A stretch of 64,000 nucleotides of DNA from Octopus sinensis (lineage: Eukaryota), in contig NC_043007.1 in NCBI RefSeq assembly GCF_006345805.1, positions 76,074,001 through 76,138,000 of the forward strand, written 5' to 3'. The notes under the pieces are model-generated. The model had not been told where the DNA came from. It saw nothing but the letters and a program-made list of their open reading frames with translations, and did no database searches. Shown here piece after piece: positions 51,269-63,654 of this stretch; positions within the stretch are counted from its first letter, which is position 1, and each line of letters starts with the position of its first letter. A program made the position numbers and the translations under genes.

Positions 51269-52519
51269 CCAGGTCATTAAGAATGAAATGTCCGATTTCA
51301 AACTGAAAGTTTATTTTACTATCTCAACAAAAAGTAATGCAGTCAATCAAAGTATGCACCTAAATTCTCAACACCATTTTTCCACTTTATTGGTAGCTTA
51401 TTTATGCCAGCAGCAAAGAATTCTGGAGAGCAAGAGGTGATGAAATCACGAAAGGCTGTATTTGCATCTTCTTCAGATTTGAAGTTTTTTTCTTGCAAAA
51501 ATTTGTCTAATGCCTGGAAAACATGATAGTCAGTTGGTGCAAGTTCTGGTGAATATGACGGATGACAGAGTACTTCTAAGTTCAGTTCCTGTAATTTGAG
51601 TAGCATTGTTTGTGCAGCATGTAGTTGAGTATTGTCTTGCAAGAGAATTGGCCTGTGTCTGTTGTCCAATCTCGGTTGTTTGATTGCAAGTTCACTCATC
51701 ATTTCACCCAATTGGTTGCATACATCTGCTGTAATTGACTTAACAGGTCTCATAAAGTTGTAGTGGATGACGCCAGCGCTGCACCACCAAACAGACACCA
51801 TTAGATGTTTTTTGATGAATATTTTTTTTGGAGGATTGATTCGTCTCTATCCAACCACCATGCAGAACACTTGCTATTGTTGAAAAGAATCCATTTTCAT
51901 TATACCTAACAATATGAGGCAAAAATGGTTCGCTTTTATGCCATGACAGCAAAAAACAGCAAGTCTCAAGACGACGTGTCATTTGATGCTCGCTCAGTTG
52001 GTATGGTATCCACTTATCCAGCTTCTTTACCTTGCCAATTTATTTCAGATGGTCCAGTTCAGTTGGAATCGAAACATCAAACCTTGCTGTTAACTCACAC
52101 GTAATTTGAGGTGCATCTGCTTCCATTACAATTTCCAGCTCATTATTATCCACCTTGGTCTCAGGTCTACCACAGGGCTGATTTTCAAGAGTAAAGTCAC
52201 CAGCCCAGAACTTCACAAACCATCGACGTACACTGCACTCATTCGCCACATCTTCATTTAACATCTCATTGATGTTTCAAGCTGTCTGGGATGCATTGGT
52301 TCTATGACGGAACTCATATTCATAAACAATCCATGGGTTCGCAAAATTTGATTTACAAGAGAAAACTCACAATATAATGAGACACAATGAATTTAATTTC
52401 GAAAAGTGATGGTGTAACTCTTCAATGTCGTAAAACAAAGAATTGTCAGGATAAAATATTAGAGTTAACGACTGTCAAACTTAGTGCATAGGAAAATCGG
52501 ACATTTCATTTTTAATGAC

Positions 52520-52523
<4 letters not shown>
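51269..52523 (-). mobile_element. Full-length (1255 bp) degenerate mariner (DD34D) transposon
   Basis: ~30-bp TIRs ((c/t)caggtcattaa(g/a)aatgaaatgtccgattt) flanked by TA at 51267-51268 and 52524-52525; transposase pieces LLQDN and HPSYSPELAPTDYHVF with frameshifts. Confidence 0.92.
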
Positions 52524-52553
<30 letters not shown>

Positions 52554-53029
52554 AAAGGAAAATAATAATAATAAGGCAGAATGCTAAACTGAAAGTAAAT
52601 TTTAATATAAATGGGTGCAAGACAGATTAAAAAAAGCAACTCAAAACGGCTTTCATTGCAAGGCAAATTTTCAAGATGAGGAAGTAAAAAAAAATTTTTT
52701 TAAGATGAGGAAGGGAAAAAATTTGTTTTTTTCAAAAAAATAATAAATATATACAAAAATTAATGAATAAGTATACCAATACATTATAGTGTCTTTAAGC
52801 TTTTAAAGTTCAATATTATTTCATGGAAAAACTTCTTTGGAGGATTATGATGCATGTGTTTTGTTTGAAAAAGCTGGATGTTTATGTGTCAAAACAGGAA
52901 ATGGGGTAGGAGTTATCCAGTTCCTGTGAATAAGGGGAGACAATCCCGTGGATTTTATACTCTTTAATTGGAATGCTGGATTTTTTTTTATCAAGCAGAA
53001 TGCTAGGAAAAGGAATATGGTCACCGTGG

Positions 53030-54950
53030 AGTTTGCATATTAAGAAGCGTTTGGAATTTTTCAATAAAAAGATTCTCCTTGTTGATTCTTTCTTGTGTAG
53101 AGATTGTATCTTTACATTGCTAGAAAGGGAATATACGAAATTTGGAGTTTTTATTTCTAGCCCAAGAGTCTATGTGGCTACTGAGTGGAATTTAACGGTA
53201 TTGTGGGAGATTTATCTCCTTTATGGACTGCTACTCTTCTGCGTAAAGGAAGGCTCGTCTGTCCGATATAATTGTGTTGGCAACCTGCGCATGTATGGAC
53301 GTAAATGAGGTTCTCAGAGGAACAAGAGAATTGGTCTTGATTTTAAACTTTGTTCCTTGTTTGAAAGTAAATTCAGAGCCTTCAAGTAGGAAGGAGCAAG
53401 TACCACAGTTAGGGCGTGCACATTTTTTAACTGGTGGGGTGGAACTTTATGTGGGGTAAGTTCCAAAAGCATTTCATCGTCTATTTTTGTTCGTGGTTTT
53501 GTGCTCTAGGTTTTAAAAGTTCTACTTCAGCTTTCATTCTTTCCAATGTTAGTTTTTCTCTTAGGGAGCGTTGTTGTTCTGGTTCGTCTGGGTGTGTTTA
53601 ATTTGGAATTTACGGGGTAGTAAATTTCCTGTTTATCTGAGGCTTAAATCGCGTTTTGTTTTTCATAAATGATGAATCTTCGTAGCGTCTGTTTTGAAAG
53701 AATTTCCGAGGACGAAGTTTTATACAATAACCCTCAGTATAAGATCTATTGTGACAAGTTTGGGAGTTGGTGTGAATTTAAGTCCATATTCCAGAAGATT
53801 TATTTCGTTTTCTATGAGGTCTCGTTGTGAGAAGTTTATCACTTTTGGGTCAATCGGTTCAATATTTTTTTGATTCATTGCATCATTAAGATATATTTAC
53901 GTTTCTGTTTCGAGCACATGTTCTTTAAAAAGTCTTCTTATGTGATTTATTGATGCTGGTCGTTCAGTTATTCTATTCTGTTTGAGGGCATTTGTTTACG
54001 TGTGAAACAATACAATCTACCTTGGTATTTTGATATGTTCTGAAATTTCCTCTGGTTTGAAGAAAAATTGGATCTTTTCAGTTTGAACGGCAGTTTTTAA
54101 CATAATTTCTAGGTAACTAAAAAATTTTAAACTTCGTATACTGGTAGAATGTGCTTATAAAACATCTTTTTCTCTTGGCTTTATTGAGAAAATTCTATAG
54201 TTTGTAAGATACTTGTTTTTTTTCTTCAATTTCTACAATTTCAACCAATCGATGACGTCCATTAAGTTAAAAAGCATTCTGTGCCGTATGAATATGTCCC
54301 TTTTTAAGAAACAGATTGAGTTTATTTATATTTGTGAAGAAAAAAAGATACCCTTTCCCCACCCCTAACCCTAAAACAGATTGAAATGCAATAGATCGAT
54401 TCTAGGGTCATAATTATGGGTGACAATTTCATATGACACCGCTAGAAAAAACTGCCGTTCAAACCGAAAAGATCCGAAAAATTTGTTCTGTTGTTATTTT
54501 TATGTTGGTATCTTGGCTTGTTCATGGTGTGTTTTCTTTTGTTCGGCGCTCTATTCTGTTTGTCTTACTGATTGAGATTCTTTTGTTGTAGTTGGGCCTA
54601 TGTTGGTATGAGCTAATATCATCATATGGTGAAATAGGGGTTGTCGTGTTTGGAGTTTCTGTAGCGTGTGTAGTGTATTTTAATGTCAGAAAAGTTTCAA
54701 CTTTTTCTCTGTAAATACAGGCTTGTTCTATTTCTCGAAATACTAAAGTGAGTCATATTTGTTTGAGAGGATATCAGATTATTCAAAAACATTTTCTCTC
54801 AAGTTTATATTCATTGCTGACTTTGATGTTGCCAGTGCAATTCTAGTCTTTAATTAGTTGTTCAAATATTTCAAAGCTTTTGTAGAAATTACTCGATACA
54901 GCCACGATATTTAAAGAAAGTTTTTAGAAGTTATTAACTATTTTAGGGCC
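53030..54950 (-). mobile_element. Penelope-like element remnant with GIY-YIG endonuclease, interrupted by a MITE
   Basis: Minus strand around 53240-53310 reads IYVHTCAGCQHNYIGQTSLPLRRRV, preceded by SFLLEGSEFTFKQGTKFKIKTN and followed by ERINKENLFIEKFQTLLN. Confidence 0.75.
54070..54475. mobile_element. Merlin-like MITE (406 bp), 29-bp TIRs, perfect 8-bp TSD GAAAAATT
   Basis: GGATCTTTTCAGTTTGAACGGCAGTTTTT ... AAAAACTGCCGTTCAAACCGAAAAGATCC; TSD at 54062-54069 and 54476-54483; interior related to the arms of 21285-22025. Confidence 0.9.
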
Positions 54951-54964
54951 ACTTCTATTCATAT

Positions 54965-55790
54965 TGTCTCTCTCAGACATATCCTCAGCTACTCAGATAG
55001 CTACATTTGCTAGCTATGAGGACGATATGAGTCACTCAGCGGATACAGAACACTGGAGATGATATGCATCTCCAAAAAGAGTTGGATGCAGTATGCAGGT
55101 GGTCTGAGAACAATTATATACAGTTTAATGCTGAAAAATTCGAAGTTCTGCGTTATCAGCATATATAGCTGCATGAAATGCAAACAGGATACTGTGGTTC
55201 AGTAGGTATTATTATCCCTGTATCAAAAGCAATACGCGGTTTGAGCATTCACGTGAATAATGATGATGCATCTTTCCCGGTGCGTATTATTAAGTTGACA
55301 ATAGAATGTAGGCGGCTGACCGGAGGGATCCTTAGAAGTTTTAGAACAAGAGAAGCGGAAAAACAAACCATGATGGTCCTCTGGAGGACATTTGTCCTTA
55401 GCCGCTTAGACTACTGCTATCAACTATGGTCATCATACAGTGTAAAATTAATAGCAGAACTCGAAGCAATCCAGCTACACAAGGAAGATCGTCTCAGTGG
55501 GGCAGGTCAGCTACTGGGGAAGGCTAGAAAGTTAAGACTGTACTACATAGAACGAAAGCGGGAAGGATATGCAACGATAGAAATCTGGAAAATCCTGGAA
55601 GGTCTTGTACTAAACTTGCGCATTGAAAGTTACACAAACACCAGAACGGGGCGCCGCTTCATAGATCCCAACATCGCCATCGAAATACGGGATTAGATAC
55701 CTCAGCTTGAGCTTCAAGAGCTCACAAATCTTCAATATTCTCCACCAAAAAGCTTGAGAGACCTATATTTGTAATGAGATTATTTCTTAC
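54965..55790 (+). mobile_element. CR1/L2-like LINE RT C-terminal remnant
   Basis: SYEDD (YADD-like), LQKELDAVCRWSENN.IQFNAEKFEVL, ILRSFRTR...LWRTFVLSRLDYCYQLWS. Confidence 0.75.
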
Positions 55791-56116
55791 TTTTGTATCT
55801 CCAATGTTGTACGACAGATGACGTTGTTCACCGAAGTTAAAATTAATAATAATCATCATTGTTTGACTGTAATACGTCTTGTGATTTTTATCGAATCTTA
55901 TTGCCACTATTACCACAAGTGATTACTGAGAAAACTTTTTGTATGGTTGCTATGCTGACTTATATTAATAATTTCAGAATTATTATTCTTATTAGACTTA
56001 AATTTATGGAAATGTATATATATTTTGCATGTATGAAAGTGAGTGTGTTTGTGTGCGTGTTTTTTGTATAAACATATGTAATAGGTATGTATATATGTAT
56101 GTGTGTGTGTACATAT

Positions 56117-56162
<46 letters not shown>

Positions 56163-56179
56163 ATATGTATGTATTTAGA

Positions 56180-56480
56180 GTGACTTATGTATCGGTCGAG
56201 AAATAACGAAGATATTTGCTGGTTACAATTTTTACTTCGCAAAATTGGAAATTGCTCGATACTGAAATGAACGAAGCCTGTCATTTGTTCCTGACTTTTG
56301 CTCAATGCCACTTCACCCACAGCACGGCACCAGTGTTTGTCAATTGTTTGTCATAGAGCAGCTATGGAATTGTATTTGAATTCTTGGGCATTTTGCTCAT
56401 TGTTTTTGATGTATACAGCCTAAGATGTGATCAACATACGAACAAGTTTGCATGTCTTGAAAAGTGAATTTAAAAATTTT
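56180..56480 (-). mobile_element. Possible mariner transposase N-terminal remnant
   Basis: LSKSQEQM...FLDR segment resembling the WVPH.L...Q...R...FLDRI linker. Degraded. Confidence 0.3.
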
Positions 56481-57421
56481 CTTAACAGAACAAAATGATG
56501 CATCAGATCTGTCTGAATCAGTAAGACATGATTTATGATTCTCTCTTATTTCGTATATTATACATCTTAATTAACTCACTCTTTGAGTGAAAACTTTTTA
56601 GAAGCGATACAAATTATTTGGTATCGCATGATTTTCGTTTGAGATTTTTGACTACAATTAAATGCTATTTACCAAAGTTGATGTCTGAATTATTAATGTT
56701 AACAGTTAAATAGTACATTAGAGCTAACAAAACATTTCATTTCATTCGCTTTCTAAGAAACTTTTCCATAAGAAACATTTTATTTTATAATGGAAAGGAA
56801 GGTTTATGATACCTGTGGAGTATCTCCTTCTCCCATTATAATAATTTTTGTAGTTTCAAGGATCTGGAACACGAAGAAGAAAATTCACAAACGGAGTACA
56901 ATAGCCGTTTATTTACTGAGTTCTCATTCGTGTGGTTCACTCTCAGTGACTATCTTTATAGCAGCGCGTGGTTTGTCTTAACTCCGTACACGTGAGGTTC
57001 ATTACCTCTGGAGATAAGCATGTGGAGTTAGAGCGGGACAACAGTCCGTTGTGAGCTGCTGGCTACGCAGTGTTTGTTTCTTGGCGCAAGCGTGAGAAGA
57101 AATGAGAGAGTGAATGTCGTTGTTTCTTGCTTAAATACTGGTTGCCCGAGAGAATCTCGTTGTTGTCTCACGCATGGCAAATGGTTGCAGGCAAAATGTC
57201 GCTCTTGTCTCGCGCATGGCAATGGCTACCGGCGAAATCTCGTTCAAAATGGCGCTGGCTTCTTGTGTCACGCTCTATGTTACATCGCCAAAAAGAATGG
57301 CAACCAGCTCTCCTAAGAATTTTTTTTTTTTTTTTGTTGCTTACTTTCACTGGCTTGGGAACGAAATTTGCTTAGGGGAGGCAAGCGCAGGCCCCAAAAT
57401 TTTTACAAATAAGGTCATACA

Positions 57422-57804
57422 CTTTTATACACTTTTACTTGTTTCAGTCAGTTGACTGCGGCCATGCTAGGGCACCGTCTTTAGTCGAGCAAATCGACCC
57501 CAGGACTTATTCTTTGGAAGCCTAGTACTTATTCTATCGGCTCTTTTGCCGAAGCGCTAAGTTACGGGGACGTAAACACACTACCATCGGTTGTCAAGCG
57601 ATGTTGGGGGGACAAACACAGGCATACAAACATATACACACGCATACATATATACGATGGGCTTCTTTCAGTTTCCGTCTACCAAATCCACTCACAAGGC
57701 TTTGGTCGGCCCGGGGCTTTAGTAGAAGGTGCCACGCAGTGGGAATGAACCCGAAACCATGTGGTTGGTTAGCAAGCTACTTACCACACAGCCACTCGTG
57801 CGCC
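57422..57804 (-). mobile_element. SINE family 2, full length
   Basis: Reverse complement of the 45164-45556 element. Confidence 0.9.
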
Positions 57805-58954
57805 TATGTTTAATTATTTATTTATGTTCTTTGTTCTTTGAGAGAAATTCTAATTCAAGGTACTTTTTACAGATCCCTTTTTACTCACTGTTTTCTTAAC
57901 CCGAGAAAAGTAGGGGTGCAAATTTTGATTTTACACTCTACAAAAATATTAGAGGATGGAAGCACACTCCATGCAACCCCTGTTCTCGGGCCCATGCTTA
58001 CTGTCTGTAATTTTGCATATTACACTGTACAATTTTTTTCATAAATTATTTTGTACTTGGTAAAATTCCAGAGTTTACTGATCAAAGCAGGCTTGGGCAA
58101 AAAATGCTCTGTTAGGAAGAGTTAACATGACCAAAGAATTTGGTAGCTGTTTCCTAAATTTTCTTTGTTTTCAGGAGAATTCAAGTTTTTGAAAATAATT
58201 TTTGTTTTCTTGAAACAATTACACTTTATCCAGAGTGTTGCTAATAATGGACACAGAATTTTTATATTTTCGCAAACTTAAATTTCAATTCATTTAAAAC
58301 ATTTTGCGCACATCAACGAAACAAACACCACCTATATAATTTAAATAAATTCATGGCATGCTCAACTTGAGCGATTTCCATTATCTTACTTTTAAGCTTC
58401 TTATATTCAGGAATCAATTCTTGTATACGCACCTGATAATATAGTAATTCAACAATATTCGGTGAAAAATGGTTGCAGTTTAAGAAATTTTACCATTAGA
58501 AATATTATTATTGATTTTTTAGTTTATTACTTAGCTATTTGTAAAGCATGGTTTTTGCTGACGTGGACGTATGAATAAAAAGCAACACCCAATGCTTTTA
58601 CTTGTCAAATTTGGTGATTATGTTAAAAAAATTTTTTAAGACGGTACTTCTTATGATTCTAAAGAAGGAAATCATTTCTATACATATACAATGTGCATAC
58701 ACACGTAAATACATAACTATACCTATGTATGTATGTATGTATGTATGTATGTATGGATGGATGGATGGATGGATGAATATTCATTTATTCTTTTACCTGT
58801 TTCAGTCATTTGACTGTGACTGTGCTAGAGCACCACCTTAAGGGCTTTTAGTCGAAAAAATAGACCCCGAGTACATATTTTATCGGTCTCTTTTGCTGAA
58901 CCGGCAAGTTATGGGGACATAAGCACACCAGCATCGGTTGTCAAGTGACGGCGG

Positions 58955-58996
<42 letters not shown>

Positions 58997-59149
58997 ACAC
59001 ATATAGTGAAATCGAAGATGCAATGTCCTCCCTACGGATTATAAAATCCAGAGATCCACTGGTATTATCGCTGATATATTGGGAGAATTTCCTCAATGTA
59101 TAGGGATAAGTAGTTTAATTTACATCAATAATATTAATATACCAATTTG

Positions 59150-59660
59150 TTGTTTTTGTACGTACCTGTCGTGTGTGTCACACTTCAAAGAAGTGAGTGG
59201 CAAAGCGAAAGAGAAGAGGATAGAAAGGAAGTAAGATAGGGAGAGAGAAAAAGAGAGAAAGAGAGAGAGAGTGAAAGAGACAGTGAGTAGTGCCAGCGTT
59301 CGTTTTGTGCTCTTAAATACTTATCACCCCGCAAGAAAAGTAGATACATAGATATATACACACATTGTTAAATTAAAAGCGGGAGAGAGGAGGGACACAG
59401 AGAAGTGAAAGAGAAAGAGAGAAAGTGAGAGAGACAGTAGATATATAGACCCAAAGAAAATTGATACATAGATACATAGACAGCAAATATGAGATGTTAC
59501 TTTCACTTTTCATTGCCACACGCGGATAAAATTAACTCGCAAGTGGCTGCGTACTCCACAGACATGCTTAACATTAACGTAGTTCTGAAGGAGATGCAGC
59601 CTCACACAGAATATGACAAGGCTGGCCCCTTTGAATTACGACTACAACTCATTTTGGCCA
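59150..59660 (-). repeat. Composite repeat homologous to 40895-41470
   Basis: See 40895-41470. Confidence 0.7.
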
Positions 59661-59974
59661 GCTGATAAACCTTCAAGTGGTTGGAAGAAAACAAAAAAAG
59701 AACCAATATAGGGGCAGGAAAGTATTTTTAGTCGTTAGGGTCACTATCGGTGTTAATCCGGTCCTAACAGCGGTATTTGTAGGTCTCACAGATTTGGAGG
59801 TCAAACCTCCAGATAAACACCGATGCGCAGACTGTTGTTATCAAACTGAGCGTGAGCCGAGGGCGAATACACGACGGAATAGCAATTATTTCGTCTTAGC
59901 TTTCACTGCTTATACTAAACACATAACATTTTTGCCTTACGATATGGAACATTTCCTTTTCTTTCACTCTTTTT

Positions 59975-60300
59975 AAAAATGGCACTCCGTCGGTTACAAC
60001 GACGAGGTTCCTGTTTATCTGATCAACGAACAGCCTGCTCGTAAAATTATTGCGCAAGTGGCTGAGTACTCCACAGACATGCATACCATAAGGTAGTTCT
60101 CAGAGAGATTCAGCCTCACATAGAATGTAACAAGGCTGGCCCCTTTGAATTACAGCTACAACTCATTTTTGTCAGCTGAGTGGACTGCAACAAGGTGAAG
60201 TAGAGTACCTTGCTCAAAAACACAGCGCGTCGCAGGGAATCATACTCGTGACTTTACGATCGTGGGGCGAATACCCCTAACCACTGAGCCACGTTCTTTC
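59975..60300 (-). mobile_element. SINE family 3-related copy
   Basis: ggcactccgtcggttacaacgacgagg...ctgagtactccacagac...aggctggcccctttgaattac, then a tRNA-like head in reverse (ggctcagtggttagggg..ttcgccccacgatcg). Confidence 0.7.
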
Positions 60301-60469
60301 ACTCTCTTAACCATAGAGAAAAGGAGTGAAGGTATAGAGACAGAAAGGAAAGCCTCAGTCATTAACAATGACAATTAAGACTGAAATACGATCGATCTTT
60401 TCTAGCTTCTTTACTTTTAACAATGAAGAGGGAAAGATATTTAGTAATATTTCGTTTATGGATTTGGTT

Positions 60470-60670
60470 TGCAAGATTCTTTATGCGAGTTCGTGTGTTG
60501 AAGCATATTCAGTTGTGTCTGGGGAGAGTCATTTTCTTTTTGTGCTTTATAATTTAACACACTCACCAGTAAAATTTCCACTTCTTTCTTTTTTATTTTT
60601 CTGGAAATTTTACCGGTAAGTGTGTTTAATTATAAGGCACTAAAAGAGAATGACTCTCTCCAGATACAAC
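60470..60670. repeat. Palindromic ~200-bp interspersed repeat (~70-bp arms)
   Basis: gttgtgtctggggagagtc...gtaaaatttcca / tggaaattttacc...gactctctccagatacaac. Confidence 0.75.
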
Positions 60671-60686
60671 AATAATAATGATGGTG

Positions 60687-60735
<49 letters not shown>

Positions 60736-60746
60736 TAATAATAATA

Positions 60747-61049
60747 AGGTAACTAGAAATAGAGGTAACTAGAATGTGGAACCTGAAAACAGAAACAATT
60801 CCTATCATAGTAGGTGCATTAGGCATGATAAAAAAATATTCAGACAAATACATAACAAAAACACCAGGACTTACAAACACATATAACATACAGAAAATTG
60901 CACTACTAGGCACTGCACACATCCTACGCAGAACACTTTCCATACAATAACCATCAGAGCAACACAACAAATCACAGCACATACCCAAGGCACACAGAGC
61001 TGTGCTCGGTAGTGAAGTGAAAGCACGCTATAAAAATAAAACTACTGAA
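60747..61049 (+). mobile_element. Dong/R4-like non-LTR 3' fragment inside a (TAA)n array
   Basis: EVTRMWNLKTETIPIIVGALG...IQKIALLGTAHILRRTLSIQ* (RLE C-terminus) plus a short 3' UTR; (TAA)n on both sides. Confidence 0.8.
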
Positions 61050-61083
61050 TAATAATAATAATAATATTAATAATAGTAATAAT

Positions 61084-61316
61084 AGGGTTCAATACATACC
61101 AATACACCCAACCTGAAGAAACATCTGGAAATTTTAGAAATATCCTACAATCGAGGTGTATTTCAAAAATCGGCATTACTTGGAACTGCACACGTATTGC
61201 GTAATGTACTGTCAGTCTGAGGTCCTTGCTGTGACTTGACAGACATTACAAATCCCTGGTCGACACAATAGCTTCAATCAACAATATCACGATATTGGAT
61301 ACTGTGTGACGTCTTA
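61084..61316 (+). mobile_element. Second Dong/R4-like 3' fragment inside (TAA)n
   Basis: GSIHTNTPNLKKHLEIL...VFQKSALLGTAHVLRNVLSV*; flanked by TAA/TGA arrays. Confidence 0.75.
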
Positions 61317-61323
61317 AATAATA

Positions 61324-61422
<99 letters not shown>
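61315..61422. repeat. Compound (TGA)n(TAA)n microsatellite
   Basis: Direct reading; gives the poly-Ile ORF 61314-61538. Confidence 0.95.
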
Positions 61423-61559
61423 TATGCATTTCTGATCACGAGCAGAAGTAGTGGGGGAGCATCATAGCCATGTGTTGAGAGGAATTCTTTGGGGTTTGAA
61501 TAATTCACCTTTGGAATCAAGGGTGTTTTGTTCAACATCCTTAAACAACCTTTATTTAG

Positions 61560-63370
61560 AGACCCTGCAAGAGTCTCTTCGTCGCTTTGACATCAGGATT
61601 TCCCACGTCGTTGGGGAAAGCCTGCCTAATGTCTGTGTAGTTCTTTAGTGGCATCCGTACCAGCATCAAACTTTCTGGAACCCTAAGGTTGCTTGTATCA
61701 TGTATTTCACCCTCTCTCAATTTCTGTATCTCCGGCTATGAGGTCCATCAAAATTTTTGTTGACTCTCCTCACCAGCACGAAATTGGGAGTTTCTGTGGT
61801 TGACTGTTGTGTGTGTCTACTTTCATTTGGGGGATGACGTGGGGTGGGGTGGGGTTGTGATAGTGTTGGTGTGGTCAGTGGGGCTGGTATTGTTTTATAT
61901 TAGTATGTTTCCTTTGCACTGGAACATTCTGTTGTTGGTGTGGGGCCTGGTACTTTTATCTTTTCTTTTGTCTTTTTTGTCATCGTCTTCGTTACGCGAC
62001 GTGGAGGCACCAGTGTCTGTGGAATCAGTCTCGAGGTGTGACAGTCTGTGTTCGTGTGAGCGTCGCTCTGTGAGTGTGTGCTTGAGAGAGTAGGAGACGG
62101 AGTACTGGTTTGGGAGATACCCTGGGTGGTTATCGCTATTGTCTTTGTGCTTCACCTGAAAATGAGGCTGCATATGTGGCATATTGTCTCAGTTGTTGCT
62201 GTTGTTGAGGGTTTTGCATGGGTGGTGGGAGTGGCTTCATACCTCCTGTCTTTTTAGAGCAGAAAGCCCTGAAGTGGCTTGTGGCCTACAAATATCGCAC
62301 TTAGGCTTCCTACCTTCTACCAGAAGACGCAAGTCAACCCTTTTGGGCTGCTGTATAAGGTCCGGGATTTCCCCCCCGATTTTCCGGTTTCACAAGGAGC
62401 AGGATTTCAATGGTTGTCCCGGAACAATTTTCCTTGCCACTCCGTTTCACCACTAGGAGTGACTTCGGATCCTTTACCACGCAAGCTACGATCCACCAGA
62501 CGTTCACACTTGACGGAACACCTAGTATTTTTATTCTGGCAGCTCTTTTTGAGAAGTAGGTTGGGTACAGGATCCAATCTTCACTCCATCGGGGCGTTAC
62601 TGCATGCTTGTGTGCGAGATCCTCAATTTTGAAGAGGACTTCGATGTTGGCATATTGTCTGACTCTTTGAAAATGGGCCACGTCTTCTCAGATGTCCTTC
62701 AGAATCTCTTCCACTTGACATAAATGCTATTTCTGCTTGCCTGCTCTTGAGCGAGGCATTTAAAATAAATAGCTTTCCTTCATTTCGAACAAGTCAGGAT
62801 GTACGAAAACTGCTGCCTCATCCCACTCAGTTTTTATGATTTTGTTGGCTTGGGCCAGTTCATTTGCTTATTTCATCAAGGGCCAACGGAGATATTTCTT
62901 CTTTAGAACTGGCTACGTCGGAAATTTTTTTTAAATTCGTGGAATTATTGTATTGGTCGATGTTCTTTACGTTATTTAACTTTGTCGTTGTTTTGGTGAT
63001 TTCTGTTTTGCAGGTGTTGCTGTTATTTCTACTAACATCTGTGTCTCTCTTTTCCGTTTTCGCATTCCTGCTGTTGCTGCTGCTGATTTCACAAGCTTAA
63101 CGAGCTCTCACTTTGCTGAGGCTGTTGTTGCTTTTGTTGTTGTCGTCGCTGGAAGTGAGTGATATGATAGGGGAATCTTCTCTGAGAGGGCTGGTAGGAG
63201 GAACAGCTTTCCCTTCAACACTCCATAATGGTTGCTGATGACGATGGTAATGGTGATGATGATGACGCCATCTTGTGTGTTTGTGTTTTTTTTTTTACAC
63301 AGGAGTGCAATAGATAATTAAATGAATAAATACTGCCTCACACGGAGCAGAAACGACCACCTACCACCTG
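61560..63370 (-). mobile_element. LINE 5' portion (ORF1 with degenerate zinc knuckle; L1/Tx1-like)
   Basis: Low-complexity S/T/Q-rich N-terminus, ARIKILGVPSSVNVWWIVA, and LLVEGRKPKCDIC (VEGR.P.C..C knuckle lead-in); multiple frameshifts. Confidence 0.5.
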
Positions 63371-63509
63371 CGAAAAGGCTTCTGATGTTCTTATTGTCAG
63401 TTTATGACAATAAATAATAACATATATTTGTAAAGACAAGGTGAAAAACAATCTAAAGCATAATTTACAAAGCGTGTTCGAAAGAACGTCTTACGTATTC
63501 CACAGCGAA

Positions 63510-63523
63510 TAATAATAATAATA

Positions 63524-63584
<61 letters not shown>

Positions 63585-63589
63585 TATTA

Positions 63590-63652
<63 letters not shown>
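63510..63652. repeat. (AAT)n followed by (ATT)n, a self-complementary microsatellite
   Basis: Direct reading; orientation switches at ~63585. Confidence 0.95.

Positions 63653-63654
<2 letters not shown>

Noticed and set aside
59677-59976. 99-aa plus-strand ORF between two SINE family 3-related repeats
   Set aside because: No recognisable domain or splice context; it probably lies in a TE terminal region.
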